A stretch of DNA of 64,000 nucleotides from an uncultured virus (IMG/VR IMGVR_UViG_3300031802_000001). Lineage: Duplodnaviria; Heunggongvirae; Uroviricota; Caudoviricetes. The notes under the pieces are model-generated. The model was not told the origin of the DNA. It made no database searches and worked only from the letters and a program-made list of their open reading frames with translations. The DNA lies in IMG/VR virus record IMGVR_UViG_3300031802_000001. One strand, given 5' to 3'. Shown here piece after piece: positions 38,594 through 47,369 of this stretch; position 1 is the first letter of the stretch; every line of letters starts with the position of its first letter. A program made the translations under genes and the position numbers.

Positions 38594-40000
38594 CTATTTT
38601 TCTCCTTTCTTGTCATCTAAACTATACTTTGTTGTTATTACATATTTTCTATTAGGGTTAACCATAACATTAAATCTATTCATAGTTTCCCTATCAAATA
38701 ATATTTTTGATTTTTCATCTCTATCATCAAGTGTAAATTCTACATCTTTATATTCTCCACCTGCAAAATCTACATTAAGTTTAATGACATATCTTTCTTC
38801 TTCATAATCTCTTAAACCACCTACACTAATTTTTTGCTTACGTACTATATCATTTGTAAGTGTTTTGCCTTTTAATGACCAAGTGATTTTACCACCGCCT
38901 TTTTTTATTTTATCAGCGTGTATAACAGACGTACCTGAATTACCTGTATCAAATTTGCCTACTATACGTCCAAATGGATGTATGTGGACAACTTCTTTAT
39001 ATCCACACTCACTAGGTACTTTCTTCCAAGTATCTCTATTTTCAAAATGTTGTACTATTTCTTTACTTAAATTTCTTCCTGTTGCCTCTTCAATACCTTC
39101 TGTTCCTGGTGATGAATTAACCTCAATAATAAATGGTGGGTCTTTCTTTCTATTTTTTGATGGGATAAAATCTACTGCAACCCATTGACCATCTACTGCC
39201 TTAGCAGCTTTTAAACTTTCTTCTACTTCTAATTCTGTTAGTTCTAATTCTCTTACCTCCGCACCTCTTGATACATTACTTCTAAAATCTCCTGGTACAA
39301 CATCCCTTCGCATTGTCGCTAAAACTTTACCTTGCAATACTAAAACTCTAGCATCCCAATCTGTTTTAATATATTGTTGTAATAATATATCAGAATCTTC
39401 ATCTTGTTTATTGAGTAATTGTACAATTGAATCTAATGATTTTTCTGACTCAATGAATAAGACACCTACACCTTTTGAACCTCTTAATGTTTTTAAAATA
39501 ACTGGAAATTTATCGTCTAATTGTTCAAAAGCTTCCATTGAATTTTCTGGATCAGTAACTAATACTGATACAGGTTGTTTAATTCCATAATCAGCAAGTC
39601 TTAATGAAGTTCTATATTTGTCAGCACATACGTTTATACATTGTCTGCTATTGACTACACACACTACGTGCTTTTCTAATCTTGATATTAAGTCTAACCA
39701 ACTATCTCTACGTACAACTGAACCTCTAACAATAGCAATTGAATCTCTTGATGATACTCTAAAACCTTTTTTATCGTCCTTATTATGGAAATATAACTCA
39801 CCATCTTCCTCGGTAGTTACATACCCACCAGTATTTCTATAGATATATGCCTTATGACCAAGCTTTAATGCTTGTTTCAATAAATTTTTTGCTGTATGGA
39901 AATTTAAATCATCTTCAGGTTCATCTGATATAATGATTAATCTGTATGGTCCAGAAATTTTAGCTTCTGTTATGTAATCTTTGAATTTTGGTATCTGCAT
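38594..40000 (-). CDS. RimK-like ATP-grasp ligase fused to a retropepsin-like (RimB-type) protease domain
   Basis: [21 protein letters not shown] and IEVNSSPG; C-terminal KFDTGN ... ILFDR. Confidence 0.85.
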   Translation of the reverse strand: MQIPKFKDYITEAKISGPYRLIIISDEPEDDLNFHTAKNLLKQALKLGHKAYIYRNTGGYVTTEEDGELYFHNKDDKKGFRVSSRDSIAIVRGSVVRRDSWLDLISRLEKHVVCVVNSRQCINVCADKYRTSLRLADYGIKQPVSVLVTDPENSMEAFEQLDDKFPVILKTLRGSKGVGVLFIESEKSLDSIVQLLNKQDEDSDILLQQYIKTDWDARVLVLQGKVLATMRRDVVPGDFRSNVSRGAEVRELELTELEVEESLKAAKAVDGQWVAVDFIPSKNRKKDPPFIIEVNSSPGTEGIEEATGRNLSKEIVQHFENRDTWKKVPSECGYKEVVHIHPFGRIVGKFDTGNSGTSVIHADKIKKGGGKITWSLKGKTLTNDIVRKQKISVGGLRDYEEERYVIKLNVDFAGGEYKDVEFTLDDRDEKSKILFDRETMNRFNVMVNPNRKYVITTKYSLDDKKGEK

Positions 40001-40471
40001 TTATTCGCCATCTGTTACTGGACTTTCTTCAGGTTTTTTCTCTTCGGTTTTCTTTTTATCGTCAACCTTTTTACCTATATTATATTTAGCAGATAAAGTC
40101 CAGTCTTTTTTCTCTTTAAATGGTAATACCTTTATCTGACTCAACGGAGCTTTACTTTCGGTCATTTCTTTTTTAACCACATCTACTAAACTCCAGTCTT
40201 GTAATAATAAAGTAATTGTATTTCTTCTTTGAATATCGTTTTCCGATAGCGTTGATTTTTTACCATCTAAAGCAAATAATTCCTTGAAATGGACTATATA
40301 GTATTTGCCTTGTTTGTGTAGAATATGACAAGATTGGTATAAAGTTTTATCTTTTCTACTTGCTACACCAATTCTAGTTAATGTTTCTCGTACTTTAAGG
40401 AAATCGTCTGGTTGTTTAATGGTCACCTCTAACATATCTCCTTGTGACCAACTAATAATTTCTTCGCTCAT
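40001..40471 (-). CDS. regA: Translational repressor RegA
   Basis: DDFLKVRETLTRIG and QSCHILHKQGKYYIVHFKELF. Confidence 0.96.
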   Translation of the reverse strand: MSEEIISWSQGDMLEVTIKQPDDFLKVRETLTRIGVASRKDKTLYQSCHILHKQGKYYIVHFKELFALDGKKSTLSENDIQRRNTITLLLQDWSLVDVVKKEMTESKAPLSQIKVLPFKEKKDWTLSAKYNIGKKVDDKKKTEEKKPEESPVTDGE

Positions 40472-40866
40472 TTAAGCTTTCTCCCACCTTTTATAAGTTC
40501 TATTTTAATATTCTCAATTTGGTTTTTTGAAAGTATGTTAAGAGCTTCTTTTGCTTTTGAATTACTGTATCCATAATACTCTTTTACTAATGCTAAATTC
40601 TTTAACTTGGTTTGCGATAACCATTTACCTCCAAATCGCCTTTTCTTTCTTATACTATTTATGAAATAGTGAAATTGCATACGTTTTGGTAAGAAGTGTA
40701 AACCATTCATTTCATTACTATGCATTACAGTATCATAAAACATAGACATACATCTATTAATTACATATGGTGGGTATTTCTTTTCCCAAGTAATATCATT
40801 TGTATCTAATAGATTTTCCTTGGTTTCATTAATTGCTTTTAAATAATCTTTTAATTCGTACATCAT
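40468..40866 (-). CDS. gp62: Clamp loader small subunit
   Basis: YVINRCMS, VKEYYGYSNSKAKEAL; synteny. Confidence 0.9.
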   Translation of the reverse strand: MMYELKDYLKAINETKENLLDTNDITWEKKYPPYVINRCMSMFYDTVMHSNEMNGLHFLPKRMQFHYFINSIRKKRRFGGKWLSQTKLKNLALVKEYYGYSNSKAKEALNILSKNQIENIKIELIKGGRKLK

Positions 40867-41056
40867 TCCTCCTAAACCACCATCTCCATATAGCAGACCT
40901 AGTCATAGAAACTACTGTAAATATTAAAGCAATTCCTATACTGTCCAATATGGTTGGATACAATCCAAATAGTGGAAAAAGTAGCAACTGTATTAAAATT
41001 GCCAAAATAAAACCACTACCTACATCTATTATACTTTCAAATATATCTCTTTTCAT
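40829..41056 (-). CDS. Small two-TM membrane protein
   Basis: ESIIDVGSGF...SMTRSAIWRWWF. Confidence 0.6.
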   Translation of the reverse strand: MKRDIFESIIDVGSGFILAILIQLLLFPLFGLYPTILDSIGIALIFTVVSMTRSAIWRWWFRRNDVRIKRLFKSN

Positions 41057-41241
41057 TATTTAAACCATTGCATATACATTAAATATGGTACTAATATCGG
41101 CCAAACTATATGTTCAACAATTTCATACAGTACAGCAAGGCTTAATAATATTGCCCACCATTTTGATGTCTTTGCTTTTTCTGAAAGCTTTGTAAAAAGT
41201 TTAGTATGAAACCTTTGTATGCTTTGTAATAATGCGTTCAT
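41056..41241 (-). CDS. Small membrane protein
   Basis: Hydrophobic C-terminal half; AGGAG RBS. Confidence 0.55.
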   Translation of the reverse strand: MNALLQSIQRFHTKLFTKLSEKAKTSKWWAILLSLAVLYEIVEHIVWPILVPYLMYMQWFK

Positions 41242-41250
41242 TATTCTCCT

Positions 41251-42195
41251 TTATTTAAATTTACAATTTGCCATTACTTCGGTTAAACAAGCAACCATAT
41301 TAATCTCTTGGTCTGCTACAAAAGCAGCCTTGTATTGATACCCAGCAATAACTAAAACTGCTTGTGGTATAGATTGTGGTTGTAAATATTTGTATAGTAT
41401 TTCATATACATTTGAAAATAGTGCTGATGGTTCTTTATCTAGGTTTTGAATAACCCATTTTCTCATATCATTAAATCTTTTTTCTTTTAAAATTGCTATA
41501 AGTTGTTTAGTATCTGCTTCAGTTAAACTGAATAATATACCACTATCAATCTTACCTCTTACTGAATATCGTTGAAGTTCATTAATAGTTCTTCTAAAAT
41601 CTGGAAAGTATTTCTGTATTAATTCTGCAAGTACCTTCTTATCAAACTCTATCTTTTCTTCAATTAAGATATTACATAATCTATTCATAAATGCTGTTGC
41701 TGTTTTAACTTTATGTCCATTGCTAATCGCAAAATCAATAACAGTACAACGACTATGTAATGCTGGTAATATCTTATTCTTATAATTACAAGTAAAGATA
41801 AATCTACAATTTTTATAAAATGTTTCTATGAAATTTCTTAATGCAGGTTGAACAGAATCTGGATTCATATAATCCGCCTCATCAACTATAACAACTTTAT
41901 GACTTGCTGTTTCAGTTAAAGATACAGTTGACGCAAAGTTTTTAATCTTATGTCTTAACGTATCTATCTGTCTACCTTCATCTGATCCATTAATTATAAT
42001 GTAATCAGCACCTAACTCTTCACATAAGGCACGTGCTACAGTAGTCTTACCTGTACCACTAGTACCTGATAGTAATAAGTTTGGGAGTTCTTTTTGATTT
42101 AGAAACTGTTTAAAAGTTTCTTTTAATTCATTTATTAAAATACAATCTTCAATTTTTGTGGGTCTGTATTTCTCAACCCATAAATTTTCTGCCAT
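41251..42195 (-). CDS. gp44: Clamp loader large subunit
   Basis: WVEKYRP, GTSGTGKT, DEAD and SRC motifs. Confidence 0.96.
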   Translation of the reverse strand: MAENLWVEKYRPTKIEDCILINELKETFKQFLNQKELPNLLLSGTSGTGKTTVARALCEELGADYIIINGSDEGRQIDTLRHKIKNFASTVSLTETASHKVVIVDEADYMNPDSVQPALRNFIETFYKNCRFIFTCNYKNKILPALHSRCTVIDFAISNGHKVKTATAFMNRLCNILIEEKIEFDKKVLAELIQKYFPDFRRTINELQRYSVRGKIDSGILFSLTEADTKQLIAILKEKRFNDMRKWVIQNLDKEPSALFSNVYEILYKYLQPQSIPQAVLVIAGYQYKAAFVADQEINMVACLTEVMANCKFK

Positions 42196-42214
42196 AATAT
42201 TTTCACTTCTTTCA

Positions 42215-42343
42215 TTATATACTTAATCCTATCAATAATCCTATTACAATACCTTCTAACCAAAATGCCCACCTGTGTGAACCTCTTGCTGTATGTTTTT
42301 TAATGAAAGTAATTGTCCAATCTTTTGGTTCAGTTATTAACAT
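42215..42343 (-). CDS. Small membrane protein (42 aa), not in the ORF track
   Basis: MLITEPKDWTITFIKKHTARGSHRWAFWLEGIVIGLLIGLSI. Confidence 0.5.
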   Translation of the reverse strand: MLITEPKDWTITFIKKHTARGSHRWAFWLEGIVIGLLIGLSI

Positions 42344-42347
42344 ATAA

Positions 42348-43013
42348 TTAAAACTCACTATCTGGTTCTAATGCAATCCAATATTGTACTGGTTTAGTTC
42401 TATTAACAAAATGACTTATTCTTTTGCTAGAAATTGCAATGTCATAATCATCTGGTATTATCTTTAAATTTTCTGCCTTGAAGTATGCAACAAATTTTTT
42501 ATCTGTTGTTCCTATAATAGCAGAATAATCGTTAGATGATTTATTCTTTTTATCAGTTGCAACTATTGTAATATTTTTACCATCACCTTTTATTGCAATA
42601 TCTGGTAAATTCAATGTAAGAATTCCTTTATTTAAATCTGCAAGACAAGTTCTTTTTAATGTAAATGTCACATACTTATCAGGCATACTAATACCTTTTG
42701 TTGGTGCAACAATTACTGACTTATCTGCAAAGAAATATTTAACTGATTGTCTTGAATTGGAATCTGAAATAACCAAATTACTTGTGCCATTGAATTTAAT
42801 ATCTGATTTTGTAAACAATTCAATTGCCCTTAAAAATTCTGGCAAATCATATATCGCAAACTCTTGCTCAAACTTATTATCAATGTCCGCCTCGGCAAGA
42901 ATATTCTTTAAAGTAGATATTGTTTGTAATCTTTTTCCTGGTTTAACTAAAATATTTTTATTAATTTCAGAAAAGTTTTTTAAGATTGTAACTGTATTGG
43001 TTGATAAATTCAT
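42348..43013 (-). CDS. gp45: Sliding clamp
   Basis: LKNFSEIN, FAIYDLPEFL and YWIALE; synteny. Confidence 0.93.
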   Translation of the reverse strand: MNLSTNTVTILKNFSEINKNILVKPGKRLQTISTLKNILAEADIDNKFEQEFAIYDLPEFLRAIELFTKSDIKFNGTSNLVISDSNSRQSVKYFFADKSVIVAPTKGISMPDKYVTFTLKRTCLADLNKGILTLNLPDIAIKGDGKNITIVATDKKNKSSNDYSAIIGTTDKKFVAYFKAENLKIIPDDYDIAISSKRISHFVNRTKPVQYWIALEPDSEF

Positions 43014-43060
43014 ATCAAATCCTCCATAATTTATAATACTATACTATTTTATACTAAATG

Positions 43061-43588
43061 TCAATGTTGTATGAGTTTCAAAATATTCACTGGATCCGTA
43101 TCTCCATATGGGTCCATATCACTACCTCTATCATTAATGCCTGGCTCTTCAAACCATTTTTCAATCTTTCCATCGTTAGCAATGAAAGCATATCTCCACG
43201 CTCTCATACCAAACCCTAGGTGTGTCTTATTAATTAACATACCCATACGTCTAGTGAAATGACCATTGCCATCTGGCAACATCTTAACTTTGGTAACATT
43301 AAGTTCATCTGCCCAAGCGTTCATTACAAATGAATCGTTTACTGATAAACAATAAACCTCATCTATACCTCTTAACTTAAACTCTTCATAGAGTCTTTCA
43401 AAGTTAGGTAGTTGTTTTCCTGAACACGTTGGAGTAAATGCACCTGGTAATGAAAATACTAAAACCTTTTTATTACTAAAAATGTCTTTTGTACTTAAAT
43501 TTTTAAATTCACCATCGACTCGTTCCTTGAATACCACATCTGGTATTGTTGGAATATCTTGCCATCTAGTTATATCTCTAGTTGTCAT
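43061..43588 (-). CDS. Peroxiredoxin (Prx5/redoxin type)
   Basis: LPGAFTPTCS and SVNDSFVMNAW. Confidence 0.93.
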   Translation of the reverse strand: MTTRDITRWQDIPTIPDVVFKERVDGEFKNLSTKDIFSNKKVLVFSLPGAFTPTCSGKQLPNFERLYEEFKLRGIDEVYCLSVNDSFVMNAWADELNVTKVKMLPDGNGHFTRRMGMLINKTHLGFGMRAWRYAFIANDGKIEKWFEEPGINDRGSDMDPYGDTDPVNILKLIQH

Positions 43589-43594
43589 ATTACT

Positions 43595-43623
43595 AATATA
43601 ACATTAACCCAACAAAATGTCAA
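43595..43623 (-). promoter_or_regulatory. Sigma70-like promoter (near-leaderless peroxiredoxin mRNA)
   Basis: TTGACA-N17-TATATT 6 nt before the ATG. Confidence 0.7.
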
Positions 43624-43630
43624 TGTTGGT

Positions 43631-44020
43631 CTATTGTGTAACAGGACAATTAGGATTTTCTTGCAAATCTATAATAGTAGCATTTGCTGTAACCAATTGG
43701 TCTGCTAATTGAGTCACTACTGATTCTGTTGTCTGTAATTCAGCTTTAAATACCGCTAATTCATTATCGGATGCTTGTAATACATCACGAATTGAAACTA
43801 ATTCTAGTTCATATGTTTTTATAGTACCTTCAAATTCTGCAATAGTATTCAAGTATTCTGCTTCTACACCAGAAATACCTACTTCAGCATTATCAAGTTT
43901 TACTTGTAATCCATCTTTTTTATTTTTTAGGTCTATAGTAATAATCAATAACGCAACTATAGCAATAACTGCCGCTATAGCCGTTCCTGATATCTTATCT
44001 TTTAACTCTTTAAATTTCAT
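43631..44020 (-). CDS. N-terminal TM plus coiled-coil protein
   Basis: Hydrophobic segment followed by heptad repeats. Confidence 0.6.
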   Translation of the reverse strand: MKFKELKDKISGTAIAAVIAIVALLIITIDLKNKKDGLQVKLDNAEVGISGVEAEYLNTIAEFEGTIKTYELELVSIRDVLQASDNELAVFKAELQTTESVVTQLADQLVTANATIIDLQENPNCPVTQ

Positions 44021-44217
44021 TTCTTTTCCTCATTAATTAATTCGCAAGTAATCTCATCTGCTTGTAACCCAGCATTTCCATCAAAAATCCATACGTAAGA
44101 ATAGTGAACCTGGTCACCTTTTTCTACACATTTTTTTCCTAATGATATGCTTGGATTTTGTATGCTTGAACAGCCTATAAGAATCAAACTCATTAAAATC
44201 ACTAATATTTTATTCAT
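44017..44217 (-). CDS. Small lipoprotein
   Basis: Lipobox LIGC; two further Cys. Confidence 0.65.
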   Translation of the reverse strand: MNKILVILMSLILIGCSSIQNPSISLGKKCVEKGDQVHYSYVWIFDGNAGLQADEITCELINEEKK

Positions 44218-44250
44218 AATTTCCTCATCTATATTATTATATTATATACT

Positions 44251-44279
44251 ATTATATATTAATAGTATTTATATGTCAA
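44251..44279 (-). promoter_or_regulatory. Consensus sigma70 promoter with embedded late promoter
   Basis: TTGACA-N17-TATAAT whose spacer begins with TATAAATA (44266-44273). Confidence 0.8.
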
Positions 44280-44288
44280 GGGTGGGCC

Positions 44289-44321
44289 AAAAAAAATAGC
44301 GGCGGTTTTACCCGCCACTAT
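44289..44321 (-). terminator. Rho-independent terminator of hsp20
   Basis: ATAGTGGCGG-loop-CCGCCGCTAT followed by a T tract. Confidence 0.85.
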
Positions 44322-44335
44322 CTATGTCTATGTTA

Positions 44336-44785
44336 TTATTTAACTTGTATTGTTTTAAGTTTCTTTTCTTCTGGAATAATCTTCTCCATAGAAACTCTTA
44401 ACAGACCATCTTTCAGTTCTGCACCTGTGACATTTACATCATTGGCGATTGTGAAAGACCGTTTGAACATCCTTTTAGATATTCCTCTATAAAGAGTACC
44501 GTCATTGTCTTCTACCTCTTTTTCAGCCTCGTCTTTAACTGATTCGATAGTCAACATACCATCCTCTACATTTACATTAATGTCTTTTTTATTAAAGCCA
44601 GCTAATGCTACTTCAATATCGTAAGTATTCTTACCAGACTTAACTATATTGTATGGTGGGTAAGACGGTTGTATATCGGATATAAAATCGTCATCAAACA
44701 TTGATTGAAAATTATCAAACATTGAATCGAATCCAACCGATATTGGTCTTAACCTGTTAAAAATAGATAATGCTTTATTGGTCAT
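44336..44785 (-). CDS. hsp20: Small heat-shock protein (IbpA-like)
   Basis: YPPYNI, IEVALAGF, YRGISKRMFKRSF and AELKDGLL. Confidence 0.95.
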   Translation of the reverse strand: MTNKALSIFNRLRPISVGFDSMFDNFQSMFDDDFISDIQPSYPPYNIVKSGKNTYDIEVALAGFNKKDINVNVEDGMLTIESVKDEAEKEVEDNDGTLYRGISKRMFKRSFTIANDVNVTGAELKDGLLRVSMEKIIPEEKKLKTIQVK

Positions 44786-44843
44786 AAAAACCTCCTTTAT
44801 TAAGCAAAGTTATCTTTTTGTGAGCCCTTAATGGCACTCACTG
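44786..44843 (-). promoter_or_regulatory. ROSE-like RNA thermometer in the hsp20 5' UTR
   Basis: Hairpin GTGAGTGCC/GGGCTCAC, then CTTTGCTT-AATA-AAGGAG, placing UUGCU opposite the SD. Confidence 0.65.
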
Positions 44844-44851
44844 CACTACTT

Positions 44852-44879
44852 ATATATGTATTAATTTACAATATACAAG
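44852..44879 (-). promoter_or_regulatory. RpoH-like promoter
   Basis: CTTG-N17-CATATAT, resembling alphaproteobacterial sigma32 promoters. Confidence 0.5.
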
Positions 44880-45121
44880 TAGCGCTGGTAATTTTATTTT
44901 AGAGAGTTTGAAATTACCAAAATTTCTCCTCTTGAAGCAGCCCTAGGCAAAAACTAGGTAATCCACTTGGGTCGTAGGTTTTAGAGTCTCCCCAAACTCC
45001 TACAAAACTCTTAATTCATTGAGGTTTTGTTAAAGTAGACCTCAAACTACTACCAATTTTGATAAATTAATATCGGGATTGGCTATCCCTTCCACGCCCC
45101 AGGTCTTATGAATTGCCTGGT
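44880..45121 (-). ncRNA. Candidate structured non-coding RNA
   Basis: No ORF in the track, more GC-rich than its flanks, multiple hairpins and potential pseudoknots; AATAAATA late-like motif at 45128-45135. Confidence 0.55.
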
Positions 45122-45166
45122 ATAGTATATTTATTATCAAAGCACAGGCAAGGAATTGCATAAATT

Positions 45167-45370
45167 CTATATTCTATCTTGTATTAACTTCTGTTTCTTT
45201 TTCCAGTTCTTAATACCTTCTTTTTTCTTTTCACGTTTAATGAAAGATGGTTTTCTGTAATATTGTTTTTCTCTATATTCTTTCAATATGCCAGCTTTAA
45301 GTACTTTCTTTTTAAGCACTCTCATTGCCTTCTCTACATTACCGCCTCTTACTTCTACTGTTATTGTCAT
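45167..45370 (-). CDS. rpsU: 30S ribosomal protein S21 homologue
   Basis: VEKAMRVLKKK...GILKEYREKQYYRKPS. Confidence 0.88.
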   Translation of the reverse strand: MTITVEVRGGNVEKAMRVLKKKVLKAGILKEYREKQYYRKPSFIKREKKKEGIKNWKKKQKLIQDRI

Positions 45371-45612
45371 ATTTTATTACTATATTGTGTACCACATCTT
45401 TGACAAATACCCCACGCTGGAATGTGTGGTGTATTATCTAAACATTTGCTACATAAAATATACTTTCCTTCTTTTAAAAAATCTACATTTCCTGAATTAT
45501 ACTCTTCCTTACTTGGATGAGCCTCTTCTAATTTCTTCTCAATATCTGTAACTTTTCTAATCAAAAGTTTAATATCTTCTTTAAGCTCTCTAACAATATA
45601 TTGTTCTATCAC
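45367..45612 (-). CDS. Hypothetical protein with Zn ribbon
   Basis: CSKC...CQRC. Confidence 0.55.
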   Translation of the reverse strand: MIEQYIVRELKEDIKLLIRKVTDIEKKLEEAHPSKEEYNSGNVDFLKEGKYILCSKCLDNTPHIPAWGICQRCGTQYSNKI

Positions 45613-46019
45613 TATTTCCCTTCTTTATCATATTTGTAAATATCTTTCTTACCCATTTTCTTAACTCTTTTTTCTGCTTCATAGACAACCTTATGTGTAT
45701 CTGTTGTACCTTCTTCTTTCCAAGGTAACCATTCTTCTCTAATCTTTTCCATTTCTCTTGTAATCATTGTACCATAATCAGACGCTATCATAGAATCTTC
45801 CAATTCTTGTTTTTGTTCCTGAAACTGGTCTTTATTTTGTGCTATTCTTGCTGGTAATACTTTAGTTATATTACAATAGGTACAACATACATCACTATAT
45901 AATTGAGTTACTTTATCATCACTATCATTTTTTCCAAGTGGTGTTGGATTATGATAGTCCATACCATTATCAATTTCAATCTTGCATATACAACACTTCA
46001 TTTGTTCTGTAGCTATCAT
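45612..46019 (-). CDS. Hypothetical Cys-containing protein
   Basis: CCIC...HNPTPL...CCTYCN. Confidence 0.6.
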   Translation of the reverse strand: MIATEQMKCCICKIEIDNGMDYHNPTPLGKNDSDDKVTQLYSDVCCTYCNITKVLPARIAQNKDQFQEQKQELEDSMIASDYGTMITREMEKIREEWLPWKEEGTTDTHKVVYEAEKRVKKMGKKDIYKYDKEGK

Positions 46020-46174
46020 ATTAATTTCACCAAAATAATTACTTGTAATATTAGAATCGCAACTGGTAATATAGTTCTAATTAATTCCATTATATGATTA
46101 TACTCATCCAATTTTTGTTCTAATTTATTTCTTTTGTTTTGTTTTTGCATATATTCTGTATAAAAATCTTTCAT
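46016..46174 (-). CDS. Small membrane protein (52 aa), not in the ORF track
   Basis: MKDFYTEY...LIRTILPVAILILQVIILVKLI; coupled on both sides. Confidence 0.55.
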   Translation of the reverse strand: MKDFYTEYMQKQNKRNKLEQKLDEYNHIMELIRTILPVAILILQVIILVKLI

Positions 46175-46896
46175 TATGCGGCCGCCTCCTTTTTTTTAAA
46201 TCTGTTATTTTTCCATTTATAATCAGAATCTCTTCCTTTTAAATTTAATTGTTTTAATTTTATAGCAGATTTATCTAATTCTTTTTGTTCTGTATCATTT
46301 AATTTACCGATATTTGTAAGCAATAAACTATTATCAATATAATCATAACTTTGATAATATGGTTTATAATCGGTAACACCATTTCTTTTTAATTTAAAAT
46401 CTTCGGAAGGTAATCTAATAGTATATCTTCTATTAGGATTATTTCCAGGTAAACTATCTTTTTGTTTTAATGTATGCCGTGTTCTCATAAAATCATCAAA
46501 CATTAAAAGATAAAGCTGATAGTTATATGGACTATAAACTGATTGGTTATTATCATCATAAAATGGTTTAATTAAAAATACAACTGGAGGTACAAAAAGA
46601 CCTTTACTTTTCCTCTTCATTAATTTTACAGCAGCCCAATAATTAAATGATATAGAGTTAGCAGTTTTATAAACAGTTTGTAATTTTACTTCGTATCTAT
46701 CTTCTTCTTTTTCGCCTTGAATATCTATTGCAGGTGTATACCATTCCTCGTCAAGTATATAATTAGATTCAGGTCTTATTCTTTGAAAATATTTTAAACA
46801 AACATTTTCCGCAATTTCAGCATTTAACATATTAGCTTTTTCTCTATCACTATTAGTATTATTAAATGCCTTATCAAAATTTTTTCTTTTATTCAT
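46174..46896 (-). CDS. Putative PD-(D/E)xK nuclease-like protein
   Basis: AENVC ... IDIQG ... YEVK pattern. Confidence 0.45.
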   Translation of the reverse strand: MNKRKNFDKAFNNTNSDREKANMLNAEIAENVCLKYFQRIRPESNYILDEEWYTPAIDIQGEKEEDRYEVKLQTVYKTANSISFNYWAAVKLMKRKSKGLFVPPVVFLIKPFYDDNNQSVYSPYNYQLYLLMFDDFMRTRHTLKQKDSLPGNNPNRRYTIRLPSEDFKLKRNGVTDYKPYYQSYDYIDNSLLLTNIGKLNDTEQKELDKSAIKLKQLNLKGRDSDYKWKNNRFKKKEAAA

Positions 46897-47299
46897 ATGA
46901 AATCCATTTAATTCTTCCTTCTAACATCCGACAATCTGTTTGTTTGGAAATTGGTTTTTCAAACATTGTATTTGCGTTACCAGGTTTAAATGTCCTACTA
47001 TGTGATATTGTAATATGTGGTGAACCTTTATCAATTCTTTTTAATCTTTTATATGATTTAGTTAAATACATATCACTTACCCAAAATGCCTCTATATTTT
47101 TATTTGCTCTTATATGGTCAACATAAACATCAACTTTTTTATCAATCAATTTATTCAACTTGTTAAAAGTTTTATTGTCTGGTTTATATGCAAGTGTAAT
47201 ATGGTCGCTTACTTTAACATCCATTGTTGCTTTTCGTTTTACAACACCATAGGATTTCTTATTTAATACAACTGCATAATATCCGTTATTCATATTCAT
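46889..47299 (-). CDS. 2H phosphoesterase family protein
   Basis: Two HxT motifs: DHITLAY and PHITIS. Confidence 0.75.
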   Translation of the reverse strand: MNMNNGYYAVVLNKKSYGVVKRKATMDVKVSDHITLAYKPDNKTFNKLNKLIDKKVDVYVDHIRANKNIEAFWVSDMYLTKSYKRLKRIDKGSPHITISHSRTFKPGNANTMFEKPISKQTDCRMLEGRIKWISYE

Positions 47300-47317
47300 A
47301 ATTCTTTCTAGTGTAGA

Positions 47318-47343
47318 TGATGGAGGGCACTACCCCTCCATCA
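47318..47343 (-). terminator. Stem-loop downstream of the AAA ATPase gene
   Basis: TGATGGAGGG-GTAGTG-CCCTCCATCA; no clear U-tract. Confidence 0.55.
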
Positions 47344-47369
47344 AGGACGTACACTATGATTTGAGAGAT

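Noticed and set aside
44886..45010. GTTTTAGAG-like strings resembling a type II CRISPR repeat
   Set aside because: Only short matches, with no regular repeat-spacer period and no cas genes
44880..45121. tRNA or tmRNA identity for the structured region
   Set aside because: No T-loop GTTC(G/A)A, no acceptor stem ending in CCA and no tag reading frame could be identified
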